A stretch of DNA of 64,000 bases, from positions 13,578,001-13,642,000 of the forward strand of contig CP075494.1 of assembly GCA_021613535.1 (NCBI GenBank), given 5' to 3'. The stretch comes from Adineta vaga. Lineage: Eukaryota; Animalia; Rotifera. Made by a program: the position numbers and the translations under genes. Positions 1 to 15,000 of the stretch are shown piece after piece (within the stretch, counting starts at the first letter, position 1; the number at the start of each line of letters is the position of its first letter). The notes beneath the pieces are model-generated. The model did not search any database. It was not told where the DNA came from and saw only the letters and a list, made by a program, of their open reading frames with translations.

Positions 1-3000
1 ACCCAAAGTGGAAGCAGCTAAGCCAGCTAATGAACAATCATGTGTTATTGGTCAAGATACTCAGATCACATGGAAATTTAGTGGTGTTGAGAAACCACAA
101 GTAACATGGCTCTTCAAAGGACAACCACTTACAACTAATGAACGATATCAAATCACCGAAGGTGAAGATGGAACATCGACACTAGCCATCAAGAGTGCTG
201 AACTCACTGACAAAGGTGTTTACACTGCGAAAGCAACAAACGCAGTGGGTGAAGCAGAAGCAAAAACAACACTCAACATTGCTGGTATCAAACCAGTGAT
301 CACGAATGATCTCGAAGGTACATTACAAGCAACGAAAGGTGAATCAATGACAATCAAACTACAAGTGACAGGTACACCTCGACCTGATGTCATTTGGTGT
401 CGAGGAAATGATGATCTTGTACCAAGTGATCGTATTCAAGTAGTAGCACCAGCAAGTGAAGGTGATGACACATACACACTGACAATTCTGAATGTTCAAC
501 CAGAAGATCAAGGTGATTATTCAGCTAAAATAAATAATGTTGGTGGATCACTCAAAACAAAGAAATGCAAAGTGACCGTTACAAGTAAGTTATCGAACCT
601 TTCATATGCTTTTTCTAGTCTTACTTTTAATAGAATTACCCGTCTTTGTGAGCAAACCAACAGCTCAAGAAGTCAAACAAGGTGAAACAGCGGTGTTCCA
701 AACAAAGATCGATGGATATCCCACACCTAAAGTCACATGGCTTCTCAATGGCAAACTATTGACAGCGAAAGAAGGCGCGCAAGTCGAACTCAATGCTGCA
801 ACTGGTGATGCCAAACTATCAATTCCTAAAGTTGATCTACAACAACATTCAGGCACAGTTACATGTCGACTCGAGAATCCACATGGGACTCAGGAAGAAA
901 CTGCACGACTCGATATTCTTGCTGCACCACTCATCACCACTCAACTGCCGAAACAAGAAGAAACAGTGAGTGGCAAAGATGTGACACTTCGAGTCGTTGT
1001 TCGAGGTTCACCACGACCTGAAGCACAATGGTTCTACAATGACACACCGGTACCTGCAGAGAATACCACATTTGATGAAGAAAAGAGCGAATATCAACTC
1101 ACAATAAAACAAGCCACAGTTGCTACAAGTGATGGAACATATCGTGTTGTGTTGAAGAATGATCTTGGAGAGAGTGAATCAACACCATGTGTATTGACAG
1201 TACTGGAACCAGTGAAGGTAACAAAGACAGCACCAGCGAGTGATGTTGTCGACTTGAAAGTGGGTGAAGCATTTGAATTATCGTTTGATGTTGACGGTAA
1301 AGAAGCACCAAAAGTACAATTGACCAAGGATGGCAAGGAAGTGAAGTTCAGTAGTGTTGAAGGTGTGAAACATGTATATTCGATTGGTGAAGTAAAACCG
1401 GAACATCAAGGCGTATACAAGTTGACAGCAAAGAACAAAACATCAACAGAAGAAAATATTGTAACATTGAAAGTGACAGGTATGTCATTTTGATTATTAA
1501 CTAAAACTCGTACCCAAGTTTCGATGCGTTGCTGCGTGAGGTATCTTCTTCATACTCCATATGATATTCGTAGATACTATAATCTTTGCATTTCCGATTT
1601 GTAAATAGCAACAATGCTATACGAGAAACATACCAATCATACCGAACTATAACGTCATTCAGTACCATAATCCATTATGTATGTGAATATAAATGAAAAG
1701 CTAGCTTGTTCATAAGATATGGCCTGCAGAGATAGTCGGAAGTTTTCCATGAAACTTAAAATATGTATATTTCTTACGATTATTCATACATATTTTAGCC
1801 CCACTAAATATTACACAATCATTAACTGATACGAATGTTCTTCTTGGACAAAATGCAACTCTATCAATCATCTGTGATGCTTTTCCAGCACCAAAAGTAA
1901 CCTGGTAAGTTATCTATAGAGCCCCCCAAAGAGGTCCAACGTCTATGATCATTATTTTTTCCAAAGGTTTTCGAATGACACCGAATTGAAAACATCCGCA
2001 AAACATAAGATTGAAGTCAAACAGAATGTCTTCTCACTCACTATCAACAAAGCAGACCATCCCGACGTTGGCACATATCGTGTTCACGTTGATAATGGTA
2101 TTGATCAAACTGATCAAACGGCGAAACTCAACGTCGGAGGTAATACTCTTCCTCTTCACAATCAAAAACAATGCCTATGCATATATTTATTCTCATTTCT
2201 AGTCAAACCAAAAGTGGAAGCAGCGAAGCCAGCCAACGAACAATCATGTGTCATTGGTCAAGATACACAAATCGCATGGCGATTCAGTGGTATTGAGAAA
2301 CCACAGGTGACATGGCTCTTCAATGGACAACCTCTTACAACTAATGAACGACATCAAATCACCGAAGGTGAAGATGGAACATCGACACTAGTCATCAAGA
2401 GTGCTGAACTTACTGACAAAGGTGTTTACACTGCAAAAGCAACAAATGCAGTGGGTGAAGCAGAAGCAAAAACAACACTCAACATTGCTGGTATCAAACC
2501 AGTGATCACGAATGATCTCGAAGGTACATTACAAGCAACGAAAGGTGAATCAATGACAATCAAACTACAAGTGACAGGTACACCTCGACCTGATGTCATT
2601 TGGTGTCGAGGAAATGATGATCTTGTACCAAGTGATCGTATTCAAGTAGTAGCACCAACAAGTGAAGGTGATGACACATACACATTGACAATTCTGAATG
2701 TTCAACCGGAAGATCAAGGTGATTATTCAGCTAAGATCAGTAATGTTGGTGGATCACTCAAATCGAAGAAATGCAAAGTCACTGTCATGAGTAAGTTTAT
2801 ATTCAGTTTTATGGCCCTCTGTTTTAAGTCACTGTATATTTCTCTAGAATCACCCGTCTTCGTGAACAAACCAATCTCGCAAGAAGTGAAACAAGGTGAA
2901 ACAGCAGTATTCGAAACACAGATCGATGGATATCCCACACCTAAAGTCACATGGCTTCTCAATGGCAAACCATTGACAGCGAAAGAAGGCGCACAAGTCG

Positions 3001-6000
3001 AACTCAATGCTGCAACTGGTGATGCCAAACTATCAATTCCTAAAGTTGATCTACAACAACATTCAGGCACAGTTACATGTCGACTCGAGAATCCACATGG
3101 GACTCAAGAAGAAACTGCACGACTCGATATTCTTGCTGCACCACTCATCACCACTCAACTACCGAAACAAGAAGAAACAGTGAGTGGCAAAGATGTGACA
3201 CTTCGAGTCGTTGTTCGAGGTTCTCCACGACCTGAAGCACAATGGTTCTTCAATGACACACCGGTACCTGCAGAGAATACCACATTTGATGAAGAAAAGA
3301 GCGAATATCAACTCACAATAAAACAAGCCACAGTTGCTACAAATGAAGGAACATATCGTGTTGTGTTGAAGAATGATCTTGGAGAAAGTGAATCAACACC
3401 ATGTGTATTGACAGTACTGGAACCAGTGAAGGTAACAAAGACAGCACCAGCAAGTGATGTTGTCGACTTGAAAGTGGGTGAAGCATTTGAATTATCGTTT
3501 GATGTTGATGGTAAAGAAGCACCAAAAGTACAATTGACCAAGGATGGCAAGGAAGTGAAGTTCAGTAGTGTTGAAGGTGTGAAACATGTGTATTCGATTG
3601 GTGAAGTAAAACCAGAACATCAAGGTGTATACAAATTGACAGCGAAGAATAAAACATCAACTGAAGAGATGACTGTGACACTCAATGTGACAGGTAGTGT
3701 TTCATAATAACGATTAGTGTCCTATCTATTCGAAGAAGTAGATGAATTTCGTAATCCTATTGTTGTGATCATGCGAAAATTAGAATGAAATGAGTAGAAA
3801 ATGTCTTATAAGGTTGGGAAGTTAAGATGAGCTTATGGGGGAGAAATGATTCACTGAAAAATCAATATTTTTCTATCACATAAAAATAAAAATGTGGATC
3901 TATCATAGCGTCTTTAGATTCGATAGTTTCAGTTAAAGCAACCATTACTTGAGAGAAGTTATAGTTTGAGAACAAGCGATTATAACTATTGATAACTACA
4001 TAGATCTTACCCTAGGAAATTCAATAACACGTTTCTATAAATCGAGAGAACTTGTTAACTTCATAAAATTGTCCCATCTGCAAGGATCAATCGATCTATC
4101 ACATCACATCGTATATACTATGCAGACAATATTTTATATTCTATATGCGATTGCCAGAAATTTCTAATTCCCTCTCACTTAAGTACTAAAAGGTGATTCC
4201 TTACAGTCAGTATATATTTTAATGCTTTCCTTATAGCACCTCTCAATATCACACAATCACTAAGTGATACGAATGTTCTTCTTGGACAAAATGCAACTCT
4301 ATCAATAACGTGCGACGCATTTCCTGCACCAAAAGTAACTTGGTAAGTATTTTCTCACAATACATGCAACAAACTTCGAGTAACCAACATTTCTTTTCTC
4401 AAAAGGTTTTCGAATGACACCGAATTGAAAACATCCGCAAAACATAAGATTGAAGTCAAACAGAATGTCTTCTCACTCACTATCAACAAAGCAGACCATC
4501 CCGACGTTGGCACATATCGTGTTCACGTTGATAATGGTATTGATCAAACTGATCAAACGGCGAAACTCAACGTCGGAGGTAATACTCTTCCTCTTCACAA
4601 TCAAAAACAATGCCTATGCATATATTTATTCTCATTTCTAGTCAAACCAAAAGTGGAAGCAGCGAAGCCAGCTAACGAACAATCATGTGTCATTGGTCAA
4701 GATACACAAATCGCATGGCGATTCAGTGGTATTGAGAAACCACAGGTGACATGGCTCTTCAATGGACAACCTCTTACAACTAATGAACGACATCAAATCA
4801 CCGAAGGTGAAGATGGAACATCGACACTAGTCATCAAGAGTGCTGAACTTACTGACAAAGGTGTTTACACTGCAAAAGCAACAAATGCAGTGGGTGAAGC
4901 AGAAGCAAAAACAACACTCAACATTGCTGGTATCAAACCAGTGATCACGAATGATCTCGAAGGTACATTACAAGCAACGAAAGGTGAATCAATGACAATC
5001 AAACTACAAGTGACAGGTACACCTCGACCTGATGTCATTTGGTGTCGAGGAAATGATGATCTTGTACCAAGTGATCGTATTCAAGTAGTAGCACCAACAA
5101 GTGAAGGTGATGACACATACACATTGACAATTCTGAATGTTCAACCGGAAGATCAAGGTGATTATTCAGCTAAGATCAGTAATGTTGGTGGATCACTCAA
5201 ATCGAAGAAATGCAAAGTCACTGTCATGAGTAAGTTTATATTCAGTTTTATGGCCCTCTGTTTTAAGTCACTGTATATTTCTCTAGAATCACCCGTCTTC
5301 GTGAACAAACCAATCTCGCAAGAAGTGAAACAAGGTGAAACAGCAGTATTCGAAACACAGATCGATGGATATCCCACACCTAAAGTCACATGGCTTCTCA
5401 ATGGCAAACCATTGACAGCGAAAGAAGGCGCACAAGTCGAACTCAATGCTGCAACTGGTGATGCCAAACTATCAATTCCTAAAGTTGATCTACAACAACA
5501 TTCAGGCACAGTTACATGTCGACTCGAGAATCCACATGGGACTCAAGAAGAAACTGCACGACTCGATATTCTTGCTGCACCACTCATCACCACTCAACTA
5601 CCGAAACAAGAAGAAACAGTGAGTGGCAAAGATGTGACACTTCGAGTCGTTGTTCGAGGTTCTCCACGACCTGAAGCACAATGGTTCTTCAATGACACAC
5701 CGGTACCTGCAGAGAATACCACATTTGATGAAGAAAAGAGCGAATATCAACTCACAATAAAACAAGCCACAGTTGCTACAAATGAAGGAACATATCGTGT
5801 TGTGTTGAAGAATGATCTTGGAGAAAGTGAATCAACACCATGTGTATTGACAGTACTGGAACCAGTGAAGGTAACAAAGACAGCACCAGCAAGTGATGTT
5901 GTCGACTTGAAAGTGGGTGAAGCATTTGAATTATCGTTTGATGTTGATGGTAAAGAAGCACCAAAAGTACAATTGACCAAGGATGGCAAGGAAGTGAAGT

Positions 6001-9000
6001 TCAGTAGTGTTGAAGGTGTGAAACATGTGTATTCGATTGGTGAAGTAAAACCAGAACATCAAGGTGTATACAAATTGACAGCGAAGAATAAAACATCAAC
6101 TGAAGAGATGACTGTGACACTCAATGTTACAGGTAATGTTTCATAATAACGATTAGTGTCCTATCTATTCGAAGAAGTAGATGAAGTTCTCAATCATATT
6201 GTTTCGGTCATAATAAAGTTGGATAGAAATCAGTGGAAAGTGTCTTATCACATTCCTAAGCTAATATTATCTTATGGAGAAGGAATCATACACTGAAAAA
6301 TCAAATTTTTTCTACCAAAAAAAAATGCATATACGGATGTATCCTAGGATCTTTAGAATCGATGGTTTCAGTTAAAGCCACGATTACTTGAAATCAGTTA
6401 CAGTGCAAAAACGGATGGATTATCTTTCATACCATCCTCGACGAACATCTGGTAGCGTGACTGAATGTTTGGAATGAAAACTTCTTTTTGATGATTTTTC
6501 GAAGGAGTCCGTAAAAGAAACTTTTTGACAGATTTATGACTGGTGTTCGAAAATACTTTTTGGATAGATGATCTTAACAAAGAAAGTTCGAAAACTCTTC
6601 AGATTAACTTAGAGCTCAGAATCTAATATATCTTGCTGTGTTATTGATACAGTCCTTTAGATCCTAAGGAGCGGTATCCCATGAAGTTTATATAGATGAA
6701 TTTACAATGGCAGGAAGTTCGTGAAAAAATGTGTCGCGAGATCGTCAAGAACAAAATGACTTTTCTTTCGTTTTTGTTTTATCGACAATGGTGCAGAGTA
6801 AAACCACTGTAACTAAATATCTCTCTTTAATGTACACCACCAGGATTCTTCTAACAAGTTTTGCTTGTTTTATTGCATATTCCCTGAGCACATTTTATGG
6901 AACCAACCGTCTGTATCGATTTCAACAATTTGAAAAATTGAAAGAAAACGATAATTAGAATAATTTATAACGATATATCAGAAGACAAATATCATGATTG
7001 AGGAATTTGATCAATTCGAATAGCATATATGACGAAAATGAAGACGAAAGTTACAAAGGAGAGAGAGATAGAGAGAATTAAGAGATGCAAAAGAAAAGAG
7101 CCATCATTTTACGTTCTTAAATAGACGACCATATTGGTCAACAAAATACTGAATCTCAAAATGATCTCACATCAGAACAAAAGATAAATATAATAAGAGG
7201 AGGGGAACGTGCTTTTTTCGATAGAGAATTAAAAATAACTTCGTATTTCCCTGAGTTTCATGTGAAATATTCTTAAACAAAAACAAGAATATGTTACTGA
7301 TTATGAATGGCACTACAATAAAAACTAAAACAAATAAAACAATTTCTCAACCAAAGCTATTTCAGAGTTTTAAAACCTACATAAAAAGGAAAGGTATAGA
7401 TGGGTATGGATAGAGTAGCTGATATCTTGCTAATGAATGTTCTCCCTTTGTCCTCGACCTTCATCGACTCCTATATCCTGGCCTCTAATTATAATTTTCA
7501 TTTGATCCTTAACGAATGATAGTAAATTATGCTTACGCTCTTCTGAACATATCCCATCAGGAACATCCTGTTTATTTAGTTCGATTTTGTAAATCCGACA
7601 TCTCTGAAGAAAAGTTTCAATATTTTTTTCTCCAGGAATTCGTAACAGACATCTGTTACGGGAGTTCCGAATGACGAGGTGCTACGAAACGTAATTTTCC
7701 CGTAAAAACGAGCAAATCTAAATATTGATCAATAACAAGTTTCTGTAAATCAAGAGAACTTGTTAACTTCATAAAATTGTCCCATCTGCAAGGATCAATC
7801 GATCTATCACATCACATCGTATATACTATGCAGACAATATTTTATATTCTATATGCGATTGCCAGAAATTTCTAATTCCCTCTCACTTAAGTACTAAAAG
7901 GTGATTCCTTACAGTCAGTATATATTTTAATGCTTTCCTTATAGCACCTCTCAATATCACACAATCACTAAGTGATACGAATGTTCTTCTTGGACAAAAT
8001 GCAACTCTATCAATAACGTGCGACGCATTTCCTGCACCAAAAGTAACTTGGTAAGTATTTTCTCACAATACATGCAACAAACTTCGAGTAACCAACATTT
8101 CTTTTCTCAAAAGGTTTTCGAATGACACCGAATTGAAAACATCCGCAAAACATAAGATTGAAGTCAAACAGAATGTCTTCTCACTCACTATCAACAAAGC
8201 AGACCATCCCGACGTTGGCACATATCGTGTTCACGTTGATAATGGTATTGATCAAACTGATCAAACGGCGAAACTCAACGTCGGAGGTAATACTCTTCCT
8301 CTTCACAATCAAAAACAATGCCTATGCATATATTTATTCTCATTTCTAGTCAAACCAAAAGTGGAAGCAGCGAAGCCAGCTAACGAACAATCATGTGTCA
8401 TTGGTCAAGATACACAAATCGCATGGCGATTCAGTGGTATTGAGAAACCACAGGTGACATGGCTCTTCAATGGACAACCTCTTACAACTAATGAACGACA
8501 TCAAATCACCGAAGGTGAAGATGGAACATCGACACTAGTCATCAAGAGTGCTGAACTTACTGACAAAGGTGTTTACACTGCAAAAGCAACAAATGCAGTG
8601 GGTGAAGCAGAAGCAAAAACAACACTCAACATTGCTGGTATCAAACCAGTGATCACGAATGATCTCGAAGGTACATTACAAGCAACGAAAGGTGAATCAA
8701 TGACAATCAAACTACAAGTGACAGGTACACCTCGACCTGATGTCATTTGGTGTCGAGGAAATGATGATCTTGTACCAAGTGATCGTATTCAAGTAGTAGC
8801 ACCAACAAGTGAAGGTGATGACACATACACATTGACAATTCTGAATGTTCAACCAGAAGATCAAGGTGATTATTCAGCTAAAATAAATAATGTTGGTGGA
8901 TCACTCAAATCGAAGAAATGCAAAGTCACTGTCATGAGTAAGTTTATATTCAGTTTTATGGCCCTCTGTTTTAAGTCACTGTATATTTCTCTAGAATCAC

Positions 9001-12000
9001 CCGTCTTCGTGAACAAACCAATCTCGCAAGAAGTGAAACAAGGTGAAACAGCGGTATTCGAAACACAGATCGATGGATATCCCACACCTAAAGTCACATG
9101 GCTTCTCAATGGCAAACCATTGACAGCGAAAGAAGGCGCACAAGTCGAACTCAATGCTGCAACTGGTGATGCCAAACTATCAATTCCTAAAGTTGATCTA
9201 CAACAACATTCAGGCACAGTTACATGTCGACTCGAGAATCCACATGGAACTCAGGAAGAAACTGCACGACTCGATATTCTTGCTGCACCACTCATCACCA
9301 CTCAACTACCGAAACAAGAAGAAACAGTGAGTGGCAAAGATGTGACACTTCGAGTCGTTGTTCGAGGTTCACCACGACCTGAAGCACAATGGTTCTACAA
9401 TGACACACCGGTACCTGCAGAGAACACTGCATATGACGAAGAAAAGAGTGAATATCAGTTGTTGATCAAAGAAGCAACTGTTGCTGCAAATGAAGGAACA
9501 TATCGTGTTGTGTTGAAGAATGATCTTGGAGAGAGTGAATCAACACCATGTGTATTGACAGTACTGGAACCAGTGAAAGTGACAAAGACAGCACCAGCGA
9601 GTGATGTTGTCGACTTGAAAGTGGGTGAAGCATTTGAATTATCGTTTGATGTTGATGGTAAAGAAGCACCAAAAGTACAATTGACCAAGGATGGCAAGGA
9701 AGTGAAGTTCACCAATGTTGAAGGTGTAAAACATGTATACTCAGTTGGTGAAGTAAAACCGGAACATCAAGGTGTATACAAGTTGACAGCGAAGAACAAA
9801 ACTTCAACAGAAGAAATAACTGTTACAGTCAATATTACAGGTATGTGAATATCATAAGATAATTGTGTATTTCGTACCGTAGTCGTTCTCTTTGGGTCGA
9901 AATAAATACCTGGATAATAGGCATTTTCAGTCGCATAAGTATAAATTTGAAATTTGGCATACAGTCGTGTAATCAGTTTAAACTAATTAATGAATATTTT
10001 TGTCTCTACTCAATCACTTCTTTGATATCTTGAATTAGCTATACAGTCATACGGGAGGTGTTCATAATCTCGATGTACCGTGGTTTTGTTTACGATTTAA
10101 TTTTTAGTTTTGATATTGATGATATTTTGTATTTTGTACTTTGGTCGAATTCTCTATCATCATGATTTCTCCAACAGTACATAGCTTCGGAAGTTATTGG
10201 AACAAGGATGAATACGAACAAAGATTCAATACATTAGATCCGATCTAGCGTCGACAAATTTATAAATTGCGTAATTCCCGCTAACTTTAGTAGCGAGTTG
10301 ATAATTCACATTTTTTGACTATTTAAAAGACTATCAAATACGTAAGATAACATTTGTGCTGTATCGTGATATGATACTACAACTTTTATTTCGCAGAAGC
10401 AGACGTATTAAGTGATGGTAGCTTCAACATTCTTACTTATAGCAGACCGAAATAAGAATTGCTTTTTAGAAACCACAATACGACGAAACATTTCGACTAG
10501 CGACGTGCGTTCTTCAAATGAAACGTTATAACTTGATATGGGTATCTTGCTAACAAGTAATCATTCATAATGATTACGCATCGTATCCGATTCTGCTAGA
10601 TTCGTCACATCACACTAATATCAAAACATCAATTGATATATAGTGTTCGATACAGTATTAAAAGAGATTTTATCTTTGAGAAAGTTCAAACGATGTCTAT
10701 TTTCCAGTTCAATTCGTATTATTTTTCAACATTAGATTCCATAATATATCTCTTACTTTCTTTCTTAGCTCCATTAAATATTGTACAATCACTGACTGAT
10801 ACAACTGTCCTACTTGGTCAGAGCGGAATACTACAGATAACTTGCGATGCCTTTCCAGCACCGAAAGTTACCTGGTAAGATACATCGACTTATTCCATAC
10901 CATATAACTTTTTCATCATTTATACGTTTAAGGCTTTTTAACGACACCGAATTGAAAACATCAGCAAAACATAAGATTGAAGTCAAACAGAATGTCTTCT
11001 CACTCACTATCAACAAAGCAGACCATCCCGACGTTGGCACATATCGTGTTCACGTTGATAATGGTATTGATCAAACTGATCAAACGGCGAAACTCAACGT
11101 CGGAGGTAATACTCTTCCTCTTCACAATCAAAAACAATGCCTATGCATATATGTATTCTCATTTCTAGTCAAACCAAAAGTAGAAGCAGCTAAGCCAGCT
11201 AATGAACAATCATGTGTCATTGGTCAAGATACACAAATCGCATGGCGATTCAGTGGTATTGAGAAACCACAGGTGACATGGCTCTTCAATGGACAACCTC
11301 TTACAACTAATGAACGACATCAAATCACCGAAGGTGAAGATGGAACATCGACACTAGCTATCAAGAGTGCTGAACTCACTGACAAAGGTGTTTACACTGC
11401 GAAAGCAACAAATGCAGTGGGTGAAGCAGAAGCAAAAACAACACTCAACATTGCTGGTATCAAACCAGTGATCACGAATGATCTCGAAGGTGCTTTACAA
11501 GCAACGAAAGGTGAATCAATGACAATCAAACTACAAGTGACAGGTACACCTCGACCTGATGTCATTTGGTGTCGAGGAAATGATGATCTTGTACCAAGTG
11601 ATCGTATTCAAGTAGTAGCACCAACAAGTGAAGGTGATGACACATACACATTGACAATTCTAAATGTTCAACCAGAAGATCAAGGTGATTATTCAGCTAA
11701 GATCAGTAATGTTGGTGGATCACTCAAATCGAAGAAATGCAAAGTCACTGTCATGAGTAAGTTGTTGAAACCTCCATATGCTGTTTCTAGTTTTAATTCT
11801 AATAGAATCGCCTGTTTTCATTACGAAACCAACGACACAAGAAGTGAAACAAGGTGAAACAGCGGTATTCGAAATAAAGATCGATGGATATCCTACACCT
11901 AAAGTCACATGGCTTCTCAATGGCAAACCATTGACAGCGAAAGAAGGCGCACAAGTGGAACTTAATGCTGCAACTGGTGATGCCAAACTATCAATTCCTA

Positions 12001-15000
12001 AAGTTGATCTACAACAACATTCAGGCACAGTTACATGTCGACTCGAGAATCCACATGGAAGTCAGGAAGAAACTGCACGACTCGATATTCTCGCTGCACC
12101 ACTCATCACCACTCAACTACCGAAACAAGAAGAAACAGTGAGTGGCAAAGATGTGACACTTCGAGTCGTTGTTCGAGGTTCACCACGACCTGAAGCACAA
12201 TGGTTCTTCAATGACACACCATTTGCTGCGGAGAACACTGCATATGACGAAGAAAAGAGTGAATATCAGTTGTTGATCAAAGAAGCAACTGTTGCTGCAA
12301 ATGAAGGAACATATCGTGTTGTGTTGAAGAATGATCTTGGAGAGAGTGAATCAACACCATGTGTATTGACAGTACTGGAACCAGTGAAAGTAACAAAGAC
12401 AGCACCAGCGAGTGATGTTGTCGACCTGAAAGTGGGTGAAGCATTTGAATTATCGTTTGATGTTGATGGTAAAGAGGCACCAAAAGTACAATTGACCAAG
12501 GATGGCAAGGAAGTGAAGTTCAGTAGTGTTGAAGGTGTGAAACATGTTTATTCGATTGGTGAAGTAAAACCGGAACATCAAGGTGTATACAAGTTGACAG
12601 CGAAGAACAAAACTTCAACAGAAGAAATAACTGTTACACTCAATGTTACAGGTAAATTAGGATGCGTTTCTATTACATAATTTTTATTTAAACCGAAGTG
12701 AAACGAGCTATAATTAGTTTATTACTGCAAAGTATTAATGACGATATTACTTGATATTGTTGTTGATTAGATGATGTTCGTTTTCATTGTGAACTAGATA
12801 TCGGTCAGAGCGAAGATCATTAGTAGAACGAACTAAGTACTGATTCTTGTTTCATTAGATAGATAGTTTAGATTCGTTTATAATTACGACAATGGTTAAT
12901 TCTATAATATGCTCTCGGACAAACGTTAATCGTGATCTAAACGAAAAAGATGACACAATAATAACTATGGTAATTTACTTCCTCTGTGACCATCGAATGA
13001 TATTCATGTTTCGAACGGTTAAATGGAATTTCGATAGCGCTGAAATACTTGGATAGTTGTCAAAACTCGTAAAGAATTTGGATAGTTATTTATTTAAAAA
13101 ATACAATAGAAATCCATAGAACTATATCAGCTGGATTCTGATTGATGCAATATGCAGTAATATGTATGCTGTCTCATTGCTAGTTGTTTTCAAAGTAGAT
13201 ATTTTTTTCGTATTCGAAATGATGTATGTGGTGCATCCAAACCGCAATACTCTGCGATATTTTATATAGTCTTCCTCTTTATTCTAACATTTAAGCATAT
13301 TTAGAAAACTTCGAATATACTTGTTAATGTACGGTAGGGATGTGACTGTGAGTGAAGGTGCAGATACTATAAATATTCACACCCTCCATTTGACAGAACC
13401 GTGTCGAACAAACGCAACAAGGTTTTATTTTAACTGTTGCAATACTAGTCAAAACTATAGATTGTGATAAGCTGTATTACCTAGTCAGTTCCTTCGAGCA
13501 ACTATCAAGTATATAAGTCATACAATGGACGAAAGAACTTTCATACACACAGTTAGAGCTAAAGCATGTAATTGTTCAATTTTTTGATTCAGCCTTTCAC
13601 TCTAAGAGTCAAAAAGACAAGATATTGATTTTATTCTTGGAAATGAGCATTAATACTACCTAACATTTTATTTACGCAAATATAGTTTTTAAAAGTAGAA
13701 ATACTTACTCACTACTTATTTTATAGCACCACTAAATATTGCTCAATCACTCACCGATATCAATGTACTACTCGGTCAACCTGGCACCTTGTCTCTTACT
13801 TGCGATGCCTTTCCAGTGCCTAAAGTTACATGGTTAGTATTCACTTTATTTAAATCAATTCTATATATTTTATCACCCGTTTGCTTACAGGTTCTTCAAT
13901 GATGTTGAACTCAAGAATTCGTCTAAACACAAAATCGAAGTCAAACAAAATGTATTCTCACTTACTGTAAACAAATGTGATCATCCCGACGTTGGCATTT
14001 ATCGTGCACATGTTGATAATGGTATTGATCAAACTGATCAAACGGCGAAACTCAACGTCGGAGGTAATACTCTTCCTCTTCACAATCAAAAACAATGCCT
14101 ATGCATATATGTATTCTCATTTCTAGTCAAACCAAAAGTAGAAGCAGCTAAGCCAGCTAATGAACAATCATGTGTTATTGGTCAAGATACTCAAATTGCA
14201 TGGCGATTCAGTGGTATTGAGAAACCACAGGTGACATGGCTCTTCAATGGACAACCTCTTACAACTAATGAACGACATCAAATCACCGAAGGTGAAGATG
14301 GAACATCGACACTTGCTATCAAGAGTGCTGAACTTACTGACAAAGGTGTTTACACTGCGAAAGCAACAAATGCAGTGGGTGAAGCAGAAGCAAAAACAAC
14401 ACTCAACATTGCTGGTATCAAACCAGTGATCACGAATGATCTCGAAGGTACATTACAAGCAACGAAAGGTGAATCAATGACAATCAAACTACAAGTGACA
14501 GGTACACCTCGACCTGATGTCATTTGGTGTCGAGGAAATGATGATCTTGTACCAAGTGATCGTATTCAAGTAGTAGCACCAACAAGTGAAGGTGATGACA
14601 CATACACATTGACAATTCTAAATGTTCAACCAGAAGATCAAGGTGATTATTCAGCTAAAATAAATAATGTTGGTGGATCACTCAAATCGAAGAAATGCAA
14701 AGTCACTGTCATGAGTAAGTTTATATTCAGTTTTATCGTTCTCTCTTTTCACTCATTGTATATTTCTCTAGAATCACCCGTCTTTGTGAATAAACCAACG
14801 ACACAAGAAGTGAAACAAGGTGAAACAGCGGTATTCGAAACACAGATCGATGGATATCCCACACCTAAAGTCACATGGCTTCTCAATGGTAAACCATTGA
14901 CAGCGAAAGAAGGCGCACAAGTGGAACTTAATGCCACGACTGGTGATGCCAAACTATCAATTCCTAAAGTTGATCTACAACAACATTCAGGCACAGTTAC

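Noticed and set aside
9860-10090. Transposon-like motifs (TTGAAATTTGGCA, TACGGGAGGTGTTCATAA) in the U4-U5 intron
   Set aside because: No matching second terminus or TSD found; too weak to call.
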